From positions 70,744,001 to 70,808,000 of the forward strand of contig CM059438.1 in NCBI GenBank assembly GCA_030390025.1: 64,000 bases of DNA, in the 5' to 3' direction. This document shows positions 23,635 through 36,634 of the stretch, piece after piece. Each line of letters opens with the position of its first letter. The first letter of the stretch is position 1. A program made the position numbers and the translations under genes. Under the pieces are notes generated by a model. That model had not been told where the DNA came from. It did not search any database and was given only the letters and a program-made list of their open reading frames with translations. The stretch is from Squalus acanthias (Eukaryota).

Positions 23635-25744
23635 CACCACGGTTGAGGGACTTCAGTTATGTGGAAAGACAATTTACTCCATCAAATCCCTTCATAATTT
23701 TGAACACCTGTAATCTCCTCTTAACCATCTCTGCTCTGAGGAGAACAATCCCAGATACTCTAGTCTTTAGGTCCCTACACCTGTGCAGCTGGAGTGAAAA
23801 CAAGGTGTGATTTATTCCAAGAAGCTCTACAAATAGTTGCTTTGCTCCTGTCACCGGGAGGTCGATTTAACAAGTTCAGTGTCCTTTGAGACGACATTAG
23901 TTGTGATCTAAGATCACGTAACAGGGTGGGCTGCAAGAAGGCTGACATCATCCACCCCTCTAGAAATAGTAAAGAAATCACTTAGAATCTCTCTCCTTTT
24001 TTTAAAAAAATGCAATTTTTAGAGGCCTGATCATTATAACAGATAATTTTAGTGGTTAAGATAGAAAAAAATCTTTACAGTTCTCCCAAAAGTTGAGCTC
24101 AAAGTAGTTGGTGCATCTGCATGTTGTGTACGAAACACACTAAAGAAGCCTGACTGTAAACCAGTGCTCTTAAAATGCACTTACACAATTACTAAAGGGC
24201 TGTCTTGTCTCACGCATAATTGAAGTAGACCAGACTGCATTTTCTAGATGCTGGGAAATTAAGAGAATGGTACCCATGTATTAGAAAAACAATCCACTGC
24301 AATTACAGAATTAGTTCAAGATTACCATGTTACCGACTGCCTCCTGTATCATTGGAACTTTGTTGTTAAATGCAGGATAAAAAACGTATGCTTGGCTATG
24401 ATTTATTGTAACCATTGGTGGCTCAGCTAGAATACACAACCTTCATGTAAGACAGCTTTGCTCAGGATAATGAACACAATTACATGAGTAATTAATGGTG
24501 GCAAACTAATTGCTCTTCTAATTATAGATTTTAAAATGGCCTTTGACACTTAAAAAATATGGCCTAACAGTCCACAGACATGAGACTTATGGGTGGTCTG
24601 AGGGTACAGCCAGAAGGTTTCCAATTCCATAATGTATATTGGAACAGTATGAGATTGTGTATATGGCAATAAAATGATCATAAATAAAACTCTTCGTGAC
24701 ACTCATAAATGATATGCCATATGTTGTTGATCCAGGGGATTATAGATCAACTGATGATATCACAGGATGTGCAATAGATAATTTAACTATGAATCTCAAA
24801 CTGAGGTTGCTGTGACTAACCCGTCTCTGGAACTAATATCTAGACAAACAACTTCAATTTTTATTGAAATAGCTACGGTTAAAGACATGATTATAATTGA
24901 GTTTAAAGTTTACATGCTGATTGCTTGCCATTTAAGTACAAGGATCTGCTGGAACTTTAGCAGATTCGATATTCGACATGTCCAAGATGGGTCAAATGGT
25001 CTTCCTCACCCGTATCTATCTTGTGATTATCAGTAATTCATTCCAACAATGCTCCTAAGTGCAGCATGAGCAACATCTTTATTTGCCTCACATAATATAA
25101 GTTTGTTGCTATTAAGTGGACACTACAGAAACTTTGAGGATTGTGATTTTTGTGAAGAAAGTAATTTTGCTTCAACTTGTACAAACCAGGAAAACTCCTG
25201 CCTGAGCATTTTAACATAAGCAAAAAGGCAAAGAATAAAAGAGTGCCATATTCGGGCAAAAAAATTCCTGAAAATGTATGAATTGCAGCAAAAAGGGTGT
25301 GTTGGTAATATGCTGCACTTTTGAAATCTTTGTATGAATTGAGCATGGAGAAGTGCCTTGATGCAAAAAAGAAGACACTGGAAAAAAGAAGTGCTCAAAA
25401 TGAACTCTTTCATCAAAGGACTATTTAATTGGTAAATAACATAATTTTTTTGCACTTTAAAATGTCTTTCTGTAAAATGTCTTCAAGCTTTATTTGGTAA
25501 TATAGAATATTAATCAATAAATTATGTCTTTCTAGTGTTTGAAGTTAAGTAGTTCTGTTTACAATTTTAAAGTATGTACAAAATTACTAAATAAATAAAT
25601 GACTGATGCCTAAGTGTGTAATGATTTAGTAGTATTTTTGTTCGAAAAGTAAATCAATTTGTTGTATTTGCAGATTCTAAATGGACTGGTTTTTGTGAAC
25701 TCATGACTGAAAGGACCTCAACAGGACCACAACTCTGGCACATC

Positions 25745-26420
25745 AGCAACAACTTGCACTGCTATTGCACTTTTCATGCAACAAAATATCCCAAGGCATT
25801 ACCAAAGGATTGGCGGATCTGTGCAGGAAGAGGGAGAAACGATAGGCGGTTGGCTGAAAAGACAATCAAAGAGGAGGCTGTTGAAGTTTGGGAAAGAGGT
25901 AGCAAAGTGGAGGAATTTAGGAAGGGAATTCCAGAATACAGGAACGTGATGGCTGAAGGCCCTGCCAATGATGGTGGAGTAGAGAGAGGGGGAGCATACA
26001 ATGGACCAGAAAACAGAGAATGAAAGGTGCATGTTGAAATCTACTCCTTTCATAGATAGGGAGGAGGGAGGCCATGGAGACATTTAAAAACAAGGATGAG
26101 AATTTTAAAGTCAAGGCACTGTGAACATTAAGCTGGAGAGGTTGCATGCAATAGGAGTGTGGAACTTAATGCAGGGTAGAATGAGTGGAATAGTTCTGGA
26201 CCACTAGGAGTTTTTGTAAGTTTGTGTTTGAGAGACTGGTGAGGAGAGCATCAGGAACAAGGAGGTGATGAAGGCATGAATAACAGTGATGGTGATAGTG
26301 AAGTAGGGGTGTAGACTAGTGATGTAGCATAGATGAGAGTCGATGGTCTTGGTGATGGACTTGATATTTGATTTGAAGCTCAGCTCAGCAGTGGCCTGGA
26401 CACTAGGGGTGCGTACTGCC
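25745..26420 (-). mobile_element. Old L2/CR1-like LINE 3' fragment
   Basis: CAACAACTTGCA tail. Body resembles 43646-43960 in reverse. IHAFITS motif in ORF 26204..26458. Confidence 0.65.
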
Positions 26421-26680
26421 AGGCTCAACCCCAGTGAGCAGCTACAGAAAAACATCAACCACGGAAGAGCTTAGTGCTTGCCCTGTAACACCACATACTG
26501 ATAATGAATGGACATTTAGGAACTCTGAATGGGTGCATTCTGAAGCTCCAATGAGGAGAATTACTGCTTTCTCACCAGCGTAGTAAGTAGATCAGCAAAA
26601 CAGCCAATCTAGTTTGCCAACTTAGTGAAGTCAAATTATATGTTGCTCTACATTTGAGCATTAATAGACAGTTTGGCATC

Positions 26681-28062
26681 ATGGGCGCTTGGAATAACTT
26701 GATAATGATCTCTTTCATTGTGCATTGAGTGTTTGATGGTGATGTTGATGAGCGCGTTCTTGTCTACTGTAGGTGACGTGTCTCCTGACCTTTGTTGATA
26801 GACTCCCTTGGTTATGTGACTCAGTCCAGAGAAGGCTACTTGGAAAAGTCTTCCTATTACTTGGCAGCACAGGGTGATGTCTAGATCCTGGATTCCCCCC
26901 CCCCCCCCGCCGCCGCCCATTTTCTGGGACGGTAGTTTGCGTTCCTGGTTACATATCTGATTATCATCCTCGTTCTCATTCTCCTCTTGCGAGATCGTGA
27001 TGGCTTCTGGGACTCTGAAGAACTGGATATGAAAGAATTATAATGAGGAAATGAGGCAAGCTAGGATTATCCCCAGTTTATTCAAATCATCAAATGTTGC
27101 AGGATCTTAATTTAACAGTAAAAGGTAAAGTGCAAAGAGGAAGCTACAGGAGATGTGTACTGAAATTCCACAGACTGCGATTCTAGTGGTGACACTGGGT
27201 TCACACACAACAGCATTGACCTTACCGGAGTTTGCAGGGACAGTGAGAGGGAACTTTCTTTGTAACCTGAGGTGAATCTTTAGCCCCCCGCCTGCCTAAA
27301 CGTCCAGAAACGCTGCCGATATGCCCAAATCCCCTTTCCCAGCCTTGGCACTGCTCCAATTGGCCCCCAAGGAAGGAGGCTGACCTAGGATTTAAAAAAA
27401 AAAGAAATGTTCTACTTTAGGGACCGCACCAATGTGGCTCACATGCGCCCCTGTGGAGAACGGTACTCCTCACCTTGCTCTGTCTACTGGCCACCAGTAC
27501 TTTGCCGCGTTGCCTTTCATGGCCTGAACCTGAACTCCCGGCTAAGGCATTCCCTATCCCTGGCGCTTCCCCTGAACAGAAGTTCTGCCCTTTACGAGAC
27601 ATTTCAGAAACTCACAGAAATAGTGGGAGCCAAACTAACAGGATTTCCGATGTACTCACGGGGGATTCTGCTGATGTCCTATCGGAGCTCCCTTCACCAA
27701 GGAATTTTAGGGGCATCGTTTTTAGAACTTAACCTGCTGCTTCATGGTATCAGGTGTAGTGTAAACTTGGGTTCCAATATATGTTAACACTTTGAATTCC
27801 CTCATTAGTCACAACTGTTTTCATCCCATTTTATGAAAAACCCATCGCGGACAAAGATGTGGAAGAGTTCTTTGCACACTCTTTTGTAATATCAGAAAGA
27901 AAGAAAAATAAAGAAAATCAACTGCATGATCGGAGTTTGAAAAGTGAATGATCACACTAAAGAAAGGTTTCGTGGAATACCTGCAGATAGTATCTGCCAC
28001 CCTCAAAGAGCTGTCCTCTGAAAGTGAACATTAAACTGAAAGAGGTGGCTGAGGATGTATAA
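26681..28062 (+). pseudogene. Decayed tetraspanin-like pseudogene, apparently intronless, split by a MITE
   Basis: Manual translation across frameshifts gives, in order: SLCIECLMVML..., TCLLTF, LIDSLGYVTQSREGYLEKSSYYLAAQG, FLVTYLIIILVLILL/CEIVMA, KNYNEEMRQA/DYPQF, IKCCR (CCG position), HS(C)C-like, NCMIG, KGFVEYL (GC position). Multiple stops. Confidence 0.6.
27156..27714. mobile_element. Harbinger-like MITE inside the tetraspanin-like pseudogene
   Basis: Ends TGTACTGAAATTCC / GGAATTTTAGGGGC with 3-bp flanks ATG / ATC. Confidence 0.6.
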
Positions 28063-30338
28063 TATCTCAGCACACAGTTTATTTGAAAAAGCTTCAGTAC
28101 TTTACATCATCACCTCAAAATCATTCTTCCTGAAAAATGTTGTGTCTCAGATAAGATCAGCATGCACTGTGCACTTTACCGTGGCTCGGAATTGTACGCA
28201 TATATTTCCTAGAATTCTTAAACCTTATACATAGAACTCATCACTCAATTAAAATAGTTTTAGATTTACACTACAGCAGATTTTGAGACCATGACGGACA
28301 ATGTCAAGGACAGTTTACAATGAATGTTATTACACACCGATAATGTTACTGTGCAAGTACTCCATAGATGTCAGATTAACTGTAACTGACATGTGGGTTC
28401 GGTATTTTGCCAAATTGAGCATGGGCTGTCTGACTAAGGAACAAAAACAAAGGAAGAATCTGTCAGCCTTATTTTGACAGTTAAGTCTATTATCCTTATC
28501 CAGTTCGACAGTTGAGGTCTATGATTTCTGTCCAATAAGAATTCATTTGCTGTCTATTACTTTCGAATTTGGCTAAATTGCTGCTTGGTTGTTGATCAGG
28601 TCTGCTTTGTTAAGAGTTTATTGTGATGTATCAGTGCTGTCAACGCACAGTCAGGGTCTCTGATCTAGCTTTATCATTCCTGTATTGGTATTGCTTCACC
28701 CATTATCATGGATTTTCCTCCCACCTCCAACAAATGTGGTGTTTGTAAACATGATCATTCTGAATGAATATTTGCAGAAGTCTGGGATAAATGGAATCTG
28801 GGAATGGATTTTGTAGCACCATTACAGACATATTTTCCCTTATGTTATTGCAGTCCCGTTAATTCAAAACACATTTCTGTCTGACAATAACATTCTATTT
28901 GTTGCTTTTAAGTTGATTCCAGTATTAAAATAATGAAGAGACTGTTTTTTTTACACTTAATTAAGTGGTGTTTGAAAATGGTTTTATTGCTTTTCTGTGG
29001 TTTTTTTTTATGTAATAATTCTGAGGACGAGTGTAAGTGGAACAATTGTGGAGTGTGGTTAAAAGTTCACTATTCTGCTGCAAGGTGCAGAAGTGATACA
29101 GCACGCAACATTCTTAGCTGCAAGAATTTTGGCGTTTAGTTCTTATTGATCTTTTTACTGCGATGATAATAAATTTGATTGTTAACATTTGCTCAAAGCA
29201 TATCAGAGTCATATTCCAGTACTACATCTGAATTCACTAAAGCAATATTAGATTAATTCCCCATGTGATAAATTCCTCACATTCTTGTCTATTCTTTGTC
29301 TTTCTCGAATATTGCCAGCGTTCAGTATGATACTGGAACCAGGCCAGAGCACATGAACTAGCTGATTTTTCAGATTGTTTATAAAAAAGGGTTTCTTTTC
29401 AAATTGTTTTCAAAAATTTAGATCATATTTCTTTAGCAGTACTCATCTCTTCCTTTTATTCCCTATCTTCCGGCATTGATAGATTTACAGAAAGATTAAC
29501 GTTTAGTCTGCCTGTCACAGCAGTGACTTTGCCATTATTATGCAGTACCTGTAGATTCAAAAGGTTAATGGCTAATACGTTTGCCCCTAGCTAAAAAAGG
29601 GAGAAGACAATTAGTTGATGAAACTGATAGTTTCATTTTACGCTGTGATTGAGGCTGACATGCGTTCTAGATACAGTATACTTCTATTTGCCTAGCTTCT
29701 GGTAATCCAAGCTGTCAAACCTTCTGAACCACAGTTGTTCCGACCATTCAGTTTAACACTTTGAATGCCTGTTTCTGTTTATCTGATCCTGTATCTCATA
29801 CGATTCAGATGAAAATGGTTTGAAGATTGAAAATTCCTCTGTGTGCTATTTTCAGCACAGGCAACTGACATGAATGGTATTTTTTAGCAGACTGGTTACC
29901 ACGTTCATGTCAATTTCCTGTGGACGCTAGTTATTTCGACTAAGTTGTTCAAAATATACATTAACCATTTTGTTAAAATAGTGCACCCAGCAGTTTCATG
30001 CAGATGGGTTAAAGTAAAGCTCTAAAAATCGCGCACAGAGGAATTACAACCATTTTTTAAATTAGATTTGCAGTTGAAGGGCAACTCATCCAAGCGAAGG
30101 AGCCAATTTTCTAATGTGTATGGAAAACATTCATTCCCCCTCCCCAAAAGAGGCAGGCTAACCTACATTGTTTGGCTCCATCATCTTCTGTGTCAATTGA
30201 GGTGACAGAGTGTGCTGTCTGTAACTCTAGGTCGACTTGTATTTTAAAAGTCAGACCCAGGTAGCAGTCAAAAGATTAAAATATAGAGCCGATTCCCAGA
30301 TTGACAATTGCTGCCATCCCATTCACTCCCATGATGGT

Positions 30339-30752
30339 GGTCAGCCGTGGCTCAGTTGGTAGCACTCTCGCCTCTGAGTCAGAAGGTTGTGGGTTCAAGC
30401 TTGAGCGCAAAAATCTAGGCTGACACTATCGGAGGTGCCATCTTTCGGATGACACGATAAACCGTCTACTCCCTCAGGTGGACGTAAAAGATCCCATGGC
30501 ACTATTTTAAAGAAGAGCAGGGAAGTTATCCCCGGTGTCCTGGCCAATATTTATCCCTCAATCAACATCATTGAAAAAGAACAGATTATCTGGTCATTAT
30601 CACATTGCTGCTTGTGGGTGCTTGCTGTGCTAGCTGACGCGTTTCCTACATTATAACAGTGACTACACACTAAAGGTATTTCATTGGCTGTAAAGCACAT
30701 TGTGATGTCCCGAGGTCATGAAAGGTGCTATATAAATGCAAGTCTTTCTTTT
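30339..30752 (+). mobile_element. tRNA-derived SINE (SacSINE1/DeuSINE-like)
   Basis: A box TGGCTCAGTTGG, B-box-like GGTTCAAGC and tail GCTATATAAATGCAAGTCTTTCTTT. Confidence 0.85.
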
Positions 30753-31295
30753 TGATAGTAGAGTAACCCTTTGACCTTGTTGGGTTTGTCAGGGTCATTT
30801 CATTTACATAATTTCAACAGGCACCTTGTGCGTTTCCCAGATGTGCCGGGAAGGTTATTGCAAATGATTGCCAGACAATGAGGAGCGCAGTAGCCTTTAA
30901 AGGGCTTGTGTACTTAAAGGGTGATGCCTTTTTTTGCCTGGAGCGTAATTGCTGTCCTGTGCAGGAATAGTCACTAACTGCACCCTTCACAGAAACAAAA
31001 AAGCCTTAAGTTGCTTCTGGAGGTAGTGCAGGAGAGGGATGACAATACTTGGAGCTGAGGAGAGCCCTCCACACATAATTAATATCCAGGAAATATGACA
31101 GAGTCAGTAGATTTTTCCAGATCTACAGGTTGTACGAGCAAATAAGAAACACATTCTCTCGACTGAGGAAGAGTGCCAAGGTATGGTTGACTAAAGAATG
31201 CTCATTCAAAGGAAAGGGGTGCCTGTACCACACATGCGCCAAGCACTCGGATCATAGTAGAATTCCGCAGCAGCCCACCTGTCTCTAAACATCAT

Positions 31296-32005
31296 GGGGG
31301 AAAATTCAATTGGTTAGCACGTCCAGTTAGTGCCTGGTGGGGGCGCTAATGGGGCACTGATGTAATAGCGCTGGGGCGAGGCGATTCCAGCGATGCGCAC
31401 TAAATCCGCACCCCCCCCCCCCCCATAGCGCCGTCGCTACAATTTAGCGCCAGGGACCTCAGCGCCAGGCAGATCGTGACGTCAGTGAGCGCCCGATCTG
31501 CAAAATTCATTGTCGCCCCCGCCTTAACGCCTCGCCCCGACAGGGAGAGGAGGCGTCAAGCAGGCGGATGCCGGCTCCAGGGGTGGTATTTAAAGGCATC
31601 CTCAGTAATGAGTCGCAGCTGTCAGGTTAGTGCTGTTTCACTGCTTCCTCGTCAGTTTGACATTGTGAAACCGATTCATTCAGTCATTTAAAGGTTGTTT
31701 AGTATCAGGAGTGTTGTGGCTACTAAAAATTAGTTACATTTATTCTCACAAAATATCAAAGTGCTACACTTGGTTACATTAATGGGGGCTGTACTGGCAG
31801 TTGACCTCGTCCTCCAGGATCTACGGTGTAGGGAGCGGAGGCAGTGAGAAAGATTGGAACACATGGCCAGAGGGAGGAGAAGGGCCATGAGGGCTCTCAA
31901 CAGGAGGCCTTACCCTCCGAAGGTATTCTGAGAGCACTTCTGCCAGCTCCAATTAAGCGAGGAGCAGTGTATTAGAAGGCTCCGCTTCAGCAAGGAGGTG
32001 GTCTT
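31296..32005 (+). mobile_element. Truncated Harbinger element with transposase N-terminus
   Basis: Left end GGGGGAAAATTC. 31782-32003 translates MGAVLAV...RRPYPPKVF*EHFCQLQLSEEQCIRRLRFSKEVV (HARBI1-like N-terminus, with stops). Homologous to 38630-39293. Confidence 0.8.
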
Positions 32006-32357
32006 CTCCTGACTCAAGGGTACATGCCACCTGTGCCCAGGTCTATCTACCTAATTCTGTGGAGCTCATACACTGGGTGCAAGGGTCCACTCCCACAGCG
32101 TGATGTCAGCCCTTCTATGTGTATATTGGAGAAATGCATTTAGAAAAATAAAAATATATAATTAATCAGCAGATATGTTGGACTTGAAATTTATATCCGA
32201 GTGCAAAAAACAGTACTGTAATAAATACGTATCATGTATCTTCATCATCTTCAGAGCAGCAATTGTGGTATGTGCTAGTAGCAAAGAAAAGTTGATATTA
32301 ATAGCTCTATGTGGCAGTACTAGGTACTTTCTGGCCCCAAAACAAGTTAGGAGCAAT

Positions 32358-33131
32358 AGCTCAGATTTTGCTCTCAGCAGCGAAGGAATGGCACTCACTG
32401 TTCACCTCGCTCATAGTTGCCCACAGACTTTTCGCAGGATTGTCAGCGGAGATTTCCTCTAATCCGGCTGAGTTTCATTGTGGCGCCATCTATAGGGAAT
32501 CTGTGGCATCTGTGAACAAGGAAAGCAACAACAAAGCTCTTCAACCAATCAGATTGAAATATCTTCACTGGGACAGAGTCCAAACCAAGAAATATAAAGC
32601 AGGAAATATAAATTGGATTTAAATCATGTACAGAAACTGAAATTAAAGATTTGGAAATACAAATGGGATTAAGGGAGAGAGATACAAGAGACAGACAGAA
32701 AAAGTTAAAAAAAAAAATTAATTAAAAAAAATCTCCAACACTAATTTTCTTCTGAGGGAATGAAACTCCACACTTGTAAAATTAATTTTTCAGGGCCAGT
32801 GAGGTTGTTCAGCAGTAATTATCCCTTATCACGCCGTTAAAAATTCATTTACTCCTAAAGGCAGCAACCCTAACCTTTTCTGCCATTTAAAGTGCAGAAC
32901 TAGTCGGCTACTACAGCAAGTTCACACCATTGCAGTCATTTCAGTGCTGAGTCTGTCAGCGAGGACTGCAACAGCACACCCTGTGGAGGAGTGGGGTCTC
33001 TCTCACAGCAACTTCTGGATTTCCGCGTTTAACAGTGCATGTGCATACTCCAGAAGTTGCTGTCAGATTTCCTCCATTATAATGGTGAACGCTGATAGCC
33101 TCACCGTTATTCTCATCGCAAATTCCGGGCC
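32358..33131. mobile_element. Harbinger-like MITE (family C), copy 2
   Basis: Shares internal blocks (CAATCAGATTGAA, AAAAAATCTCCAACA, ACACTTGTAAA) with 21539-22278. Ends GCAAATTCCGGGCC. Confidence 0.75.
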
Positions 33132-34760
33132 ATTATGTCTCGTATTATTTAGATGTTTCATCTCCTACAGAACCATGAAAAGTCACTCCCAATGCCACGC
33201 ACAAAGATAAGGTATATTCTACATATTTGGTTTTGTTTCTAAGCTTCCTGATGCTACTGAATTCTGATTGTTTTGAGGCTAGCAACCTGGGGAGTCCCTT
33301 CACACATGCCCATTGGTGAATGTGAAATTTGGAACTAAACAGAAGTGGGCTGGAGGCATGGGAAATCAACCTTCTCATTTCCTAGCCGGCTCTACACTAC
33401 AGTTCTACCATTGCTTTAAGGACAATTTACTTTTAAAATCTGGGGCGGGCTGCTGTGCTCATTAGCACCTTCAAAAATCAGCTGGAGAAACATCTGGTTC
33501 GGAATGGGATTGAAGTCTACAGGGGTAAAATATTGACTGCACTAATCAAATACTCCACGGAGCAATGCTTCCTGGGGAAAGTCATTTATGAAAAGCAACA
33601 GGCTTTGGTTGAAGAGTGGATTATTTAAGTTCCGGTAAATGTGAAGTGGAGCATATGCTCTCTTTGCCCATTTTTCTCATGCATAACAATAACAGTATGG
33701 CTTCTCCCAAACTAAAGACAGCTTGTAAATTTCTCTTCAATGCCAGGCATGGTGGAAGCACCAATTTGAGAACAAGCTGTTCATGATTTCCCATCCATCA
33801 CTCATGGATAATGACCATATGGATAGGTGACCACTGTTCGTGGACCCGTAGTCGTAACCCAAGCAAGGATGTCAGCATCTTCAGGAGGGAAGCATAGAAG
33901 AGAAAATTGGGGAGGAAACAAAACAGTAACTCTGTGCCAAAGGTTGTGTATTTGCATGTTTTATAGATTCCTGGTGTTGGTATTTGGATGCCAGTGACCA
34001 AAATGTGATGTCAGCTGTTAAGAATTTGTACTTCATGTGTCAGATTTGATTTCTATGGTGTTATAATGGTTATTCATGTGAGGCAGCTAATTTTTATTTG
34101 ATCTCGGCAGGCATGTTGTTTATTTCCCCTGTGGTGCAGACGGGCTAAATATCTAACCATGGTGTTTATTTCTCTAGTGATTTGAAGAGACTATCCAGCT
34201 ATGGTTTATTTCCCTGCTGGTCTAGGTTGACTGTGTGTTCATGGTGTTCAGTGCCCTGGGGGAGTGTCTATCCATAGTGTTCATTTCCCTGGCGGTGATT
34301 TTTATTTGGAAAATTTGAGTTTAAAGGATCTAATTCCAAATCTGAACTCTGACCTTAAACTGAATACTAATCCCTTTTGTCACTATATCAATAAACATGT
34401 GCAGGTGAACAGTGCAAGGGTGCTTTTACACTGTAACTTTAGCATCACTGCAAAATCAACACGTAAGTTAGAATATAGAGGCACCCATATAAATCTAGAG
34501 TTGGTGTCAATCTACGTCTGGTGATAAGAGGTGTGGGGCTTCCTAGAGGAGGTAGTCTCATGCTACTTGTGTTTGACACCTACTGGAGTGTACCTCCAGT
34601 GCAGTGTCAAAAGTGGGTATTTTTAAACCTACCTGGAGCTAATTTAAATGTTTAGATAGTGAGAATGCACCCGTCTATGCTGCTTGAATGTTTACATTTT
34701 CACCATTGGGAGATGAGCTCTATATATGCATGTACCGCACAGATATAGTGCTTTCTCCTA

Positions 34761-35216
34761 GAAAGAAAGACTTGCATTTATATAGCGCCTTCCATGACCT
34801 CAGGACATCCCAAAGTGCTTCACAGCCAATTAATTTCTTTTGAAGTGTGGTGACTATTGTAATGTAGGCAACGTGGCAGCTAATTTGCGCACAGCAAGCT
34901 CCCACAAACAGCAATGTGATACTGACCAGATAATCTGTTTTTAGGTGTTTGTTGAGGGATGAATGTTGGCCAGGACACCGGGGACAACTCCACTGTTCTT
35001 CTTTGAAATAGTGCCATGGCATCTTTTACGTCCACCTGAGAGAGTAGGCGGGACCTCGGTTCAACGTCTCATCCAAAAGGCCAACAGGGCAGCGCTCCCT
35101 CAGTACTGCACTGGAGTGTTAGCCTAGAGTTTGTGCTCAAGTCTCTGTAGTGGGGCATGAATCCACAACTTTCAGACTCGGAGACGAGAGTGCTACCGAC
35201 AGAGCCACGGCTAACA
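34761..35216 (-). mobile_element. tRNA-derived SINE (SacSINE1/DeuSINE-like), near full length
   Basis: Reverse complement of the 30339 family from head to tail. Confidence 0.85.
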
Positions 35217-35874
35217 CTTAGATAGGAGAATAACAATCCAAGCCAGGAAATATAAGCAGGGTACTGTGTGACTGGAACTGATACTGCAGCTAGTGACTAG
35301 AAACTGGTAGCTACCGTATAAATAACTAGAGCATCATAGTGCATGACAATTTAAAACCTATATGCAGTAAGATCAGCAGGTATCCATGGGGTAAATATTT
35401 TATTTCAGACGTGACAGAATCGGATAACTCATGCGTTTCTAAGTGACGTGTGCTTTTTTACAATTATTTTGAAAAAACAGAGGGAAAATTGGCCAGTGTT
35501 TTCACAATGAGGTGTTACTGTGTTACGTTTGGCACTATCTTGGACTGTAACATCATTTTATTGGTTGCTTAAAAATCAGCGAGGCATTCTGTGGTTGCGT
35601 ATACACCTAAACCATTGCAAACATAGTACTGGATACCAGTTACTACGAAACATAGACGGAATGGACTGCATTGTTTTTTCTGGTCTTGTAGTATGTTCCT
35701 ATGTAACTTTTTAAAGTTGAGAATTTGACTTTCTGTAGGGGGCAGAGTTACCTAATCTCACCCAATATTATTGATGCTACAATTTGATCTCAACACTCTT
35801 GGGATAGGAAGAGGGAATCTGTCACATTGTTGGGCTCCTGATCACTACCTAGTGACCGCTGCTGGAAATACACT

Positions 35875-36634
35875 GGCCCGTATTTTCCGACCCCCACGGG
35901 TGTGTACGAGGTGTGTACGCACCCGTAGGGACCTCGCAAGTGCCAGTTTCAGGCATGCGAAGCGCATGGGCTGAAAACCAGCACTTCCGATCTGTCAAGA
36001 ATCCTCTTGACAGATCCTGCGCCTGCACAAGAGAAGGGCCTCTGCGGGCGGATAGTTCCGCTTTCTGCAGAACCTCCGCCCGCTGAAATCCCTTAAAAAT
36101 CTTACGCCTGGTAATAGCAGGCGTAAGGCCTGCTTTTTACCAGCATAAGAGTTTAAAAAAAGTTTTTTAAAATATTTTTTTTCACTCATTTATAATTTAA
36201 AACTACTTTTAAAAAAGGTAAGTTTATTTTTAGCCCCGTAAAAAACTTGAATTTTTTTCCAAAAAATTAAATTTTTGTTTAAAATATTTAATTTAATGCA
36301 ATTTTAAAAACATAATTTAAAAAAAAATTATTTAATGTTTTGATGTGTTTTTTCAGTGATCCCCATTCATACTTTTGACGGGTCTAAGCTGAGAGACCTG
36401 TCAAAAGTATGAAGGGAGATTCTCTTCTTTCATTGGTTCCCCATGGCCCACGTGATCCCAGGGACGCTTGCGAACCACATGCGCCTCGGGGATACCTGGG
36501 TCCTGCGCATTTTATAGAGCAGAGGCCCAGGAGCGGAAATATCCGGACCTCCGGAGCCCTCAGATAAGGGCGTAGATTTTTTTCAGATCGTAGGCCTCCG
36601 CACACAGGAAGCCTCCGATCAGAAAATACGGGCC
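35875..36634. mobile_element. Harbinger-like MITE family A, copy 2
   Basis: TIRs GGCCCGTATTTTCCGA / TCAGAAAATACGGGCC, flanks ACT / AAT. Collinear with 381-1117. Confidence 0.85.

Noticed and set aside
24752..24804. C/D box snoRNA (TGATGA...CTGA)
   Set aside because: Too short, imperfect C box context and no terminal stem.
30345..30410. tRNA gene (also at the other SINE heads)
   Set aside because: It is a tRNA-derived SINE head continuing into SINE body and tail, with no complete cloverleaf.
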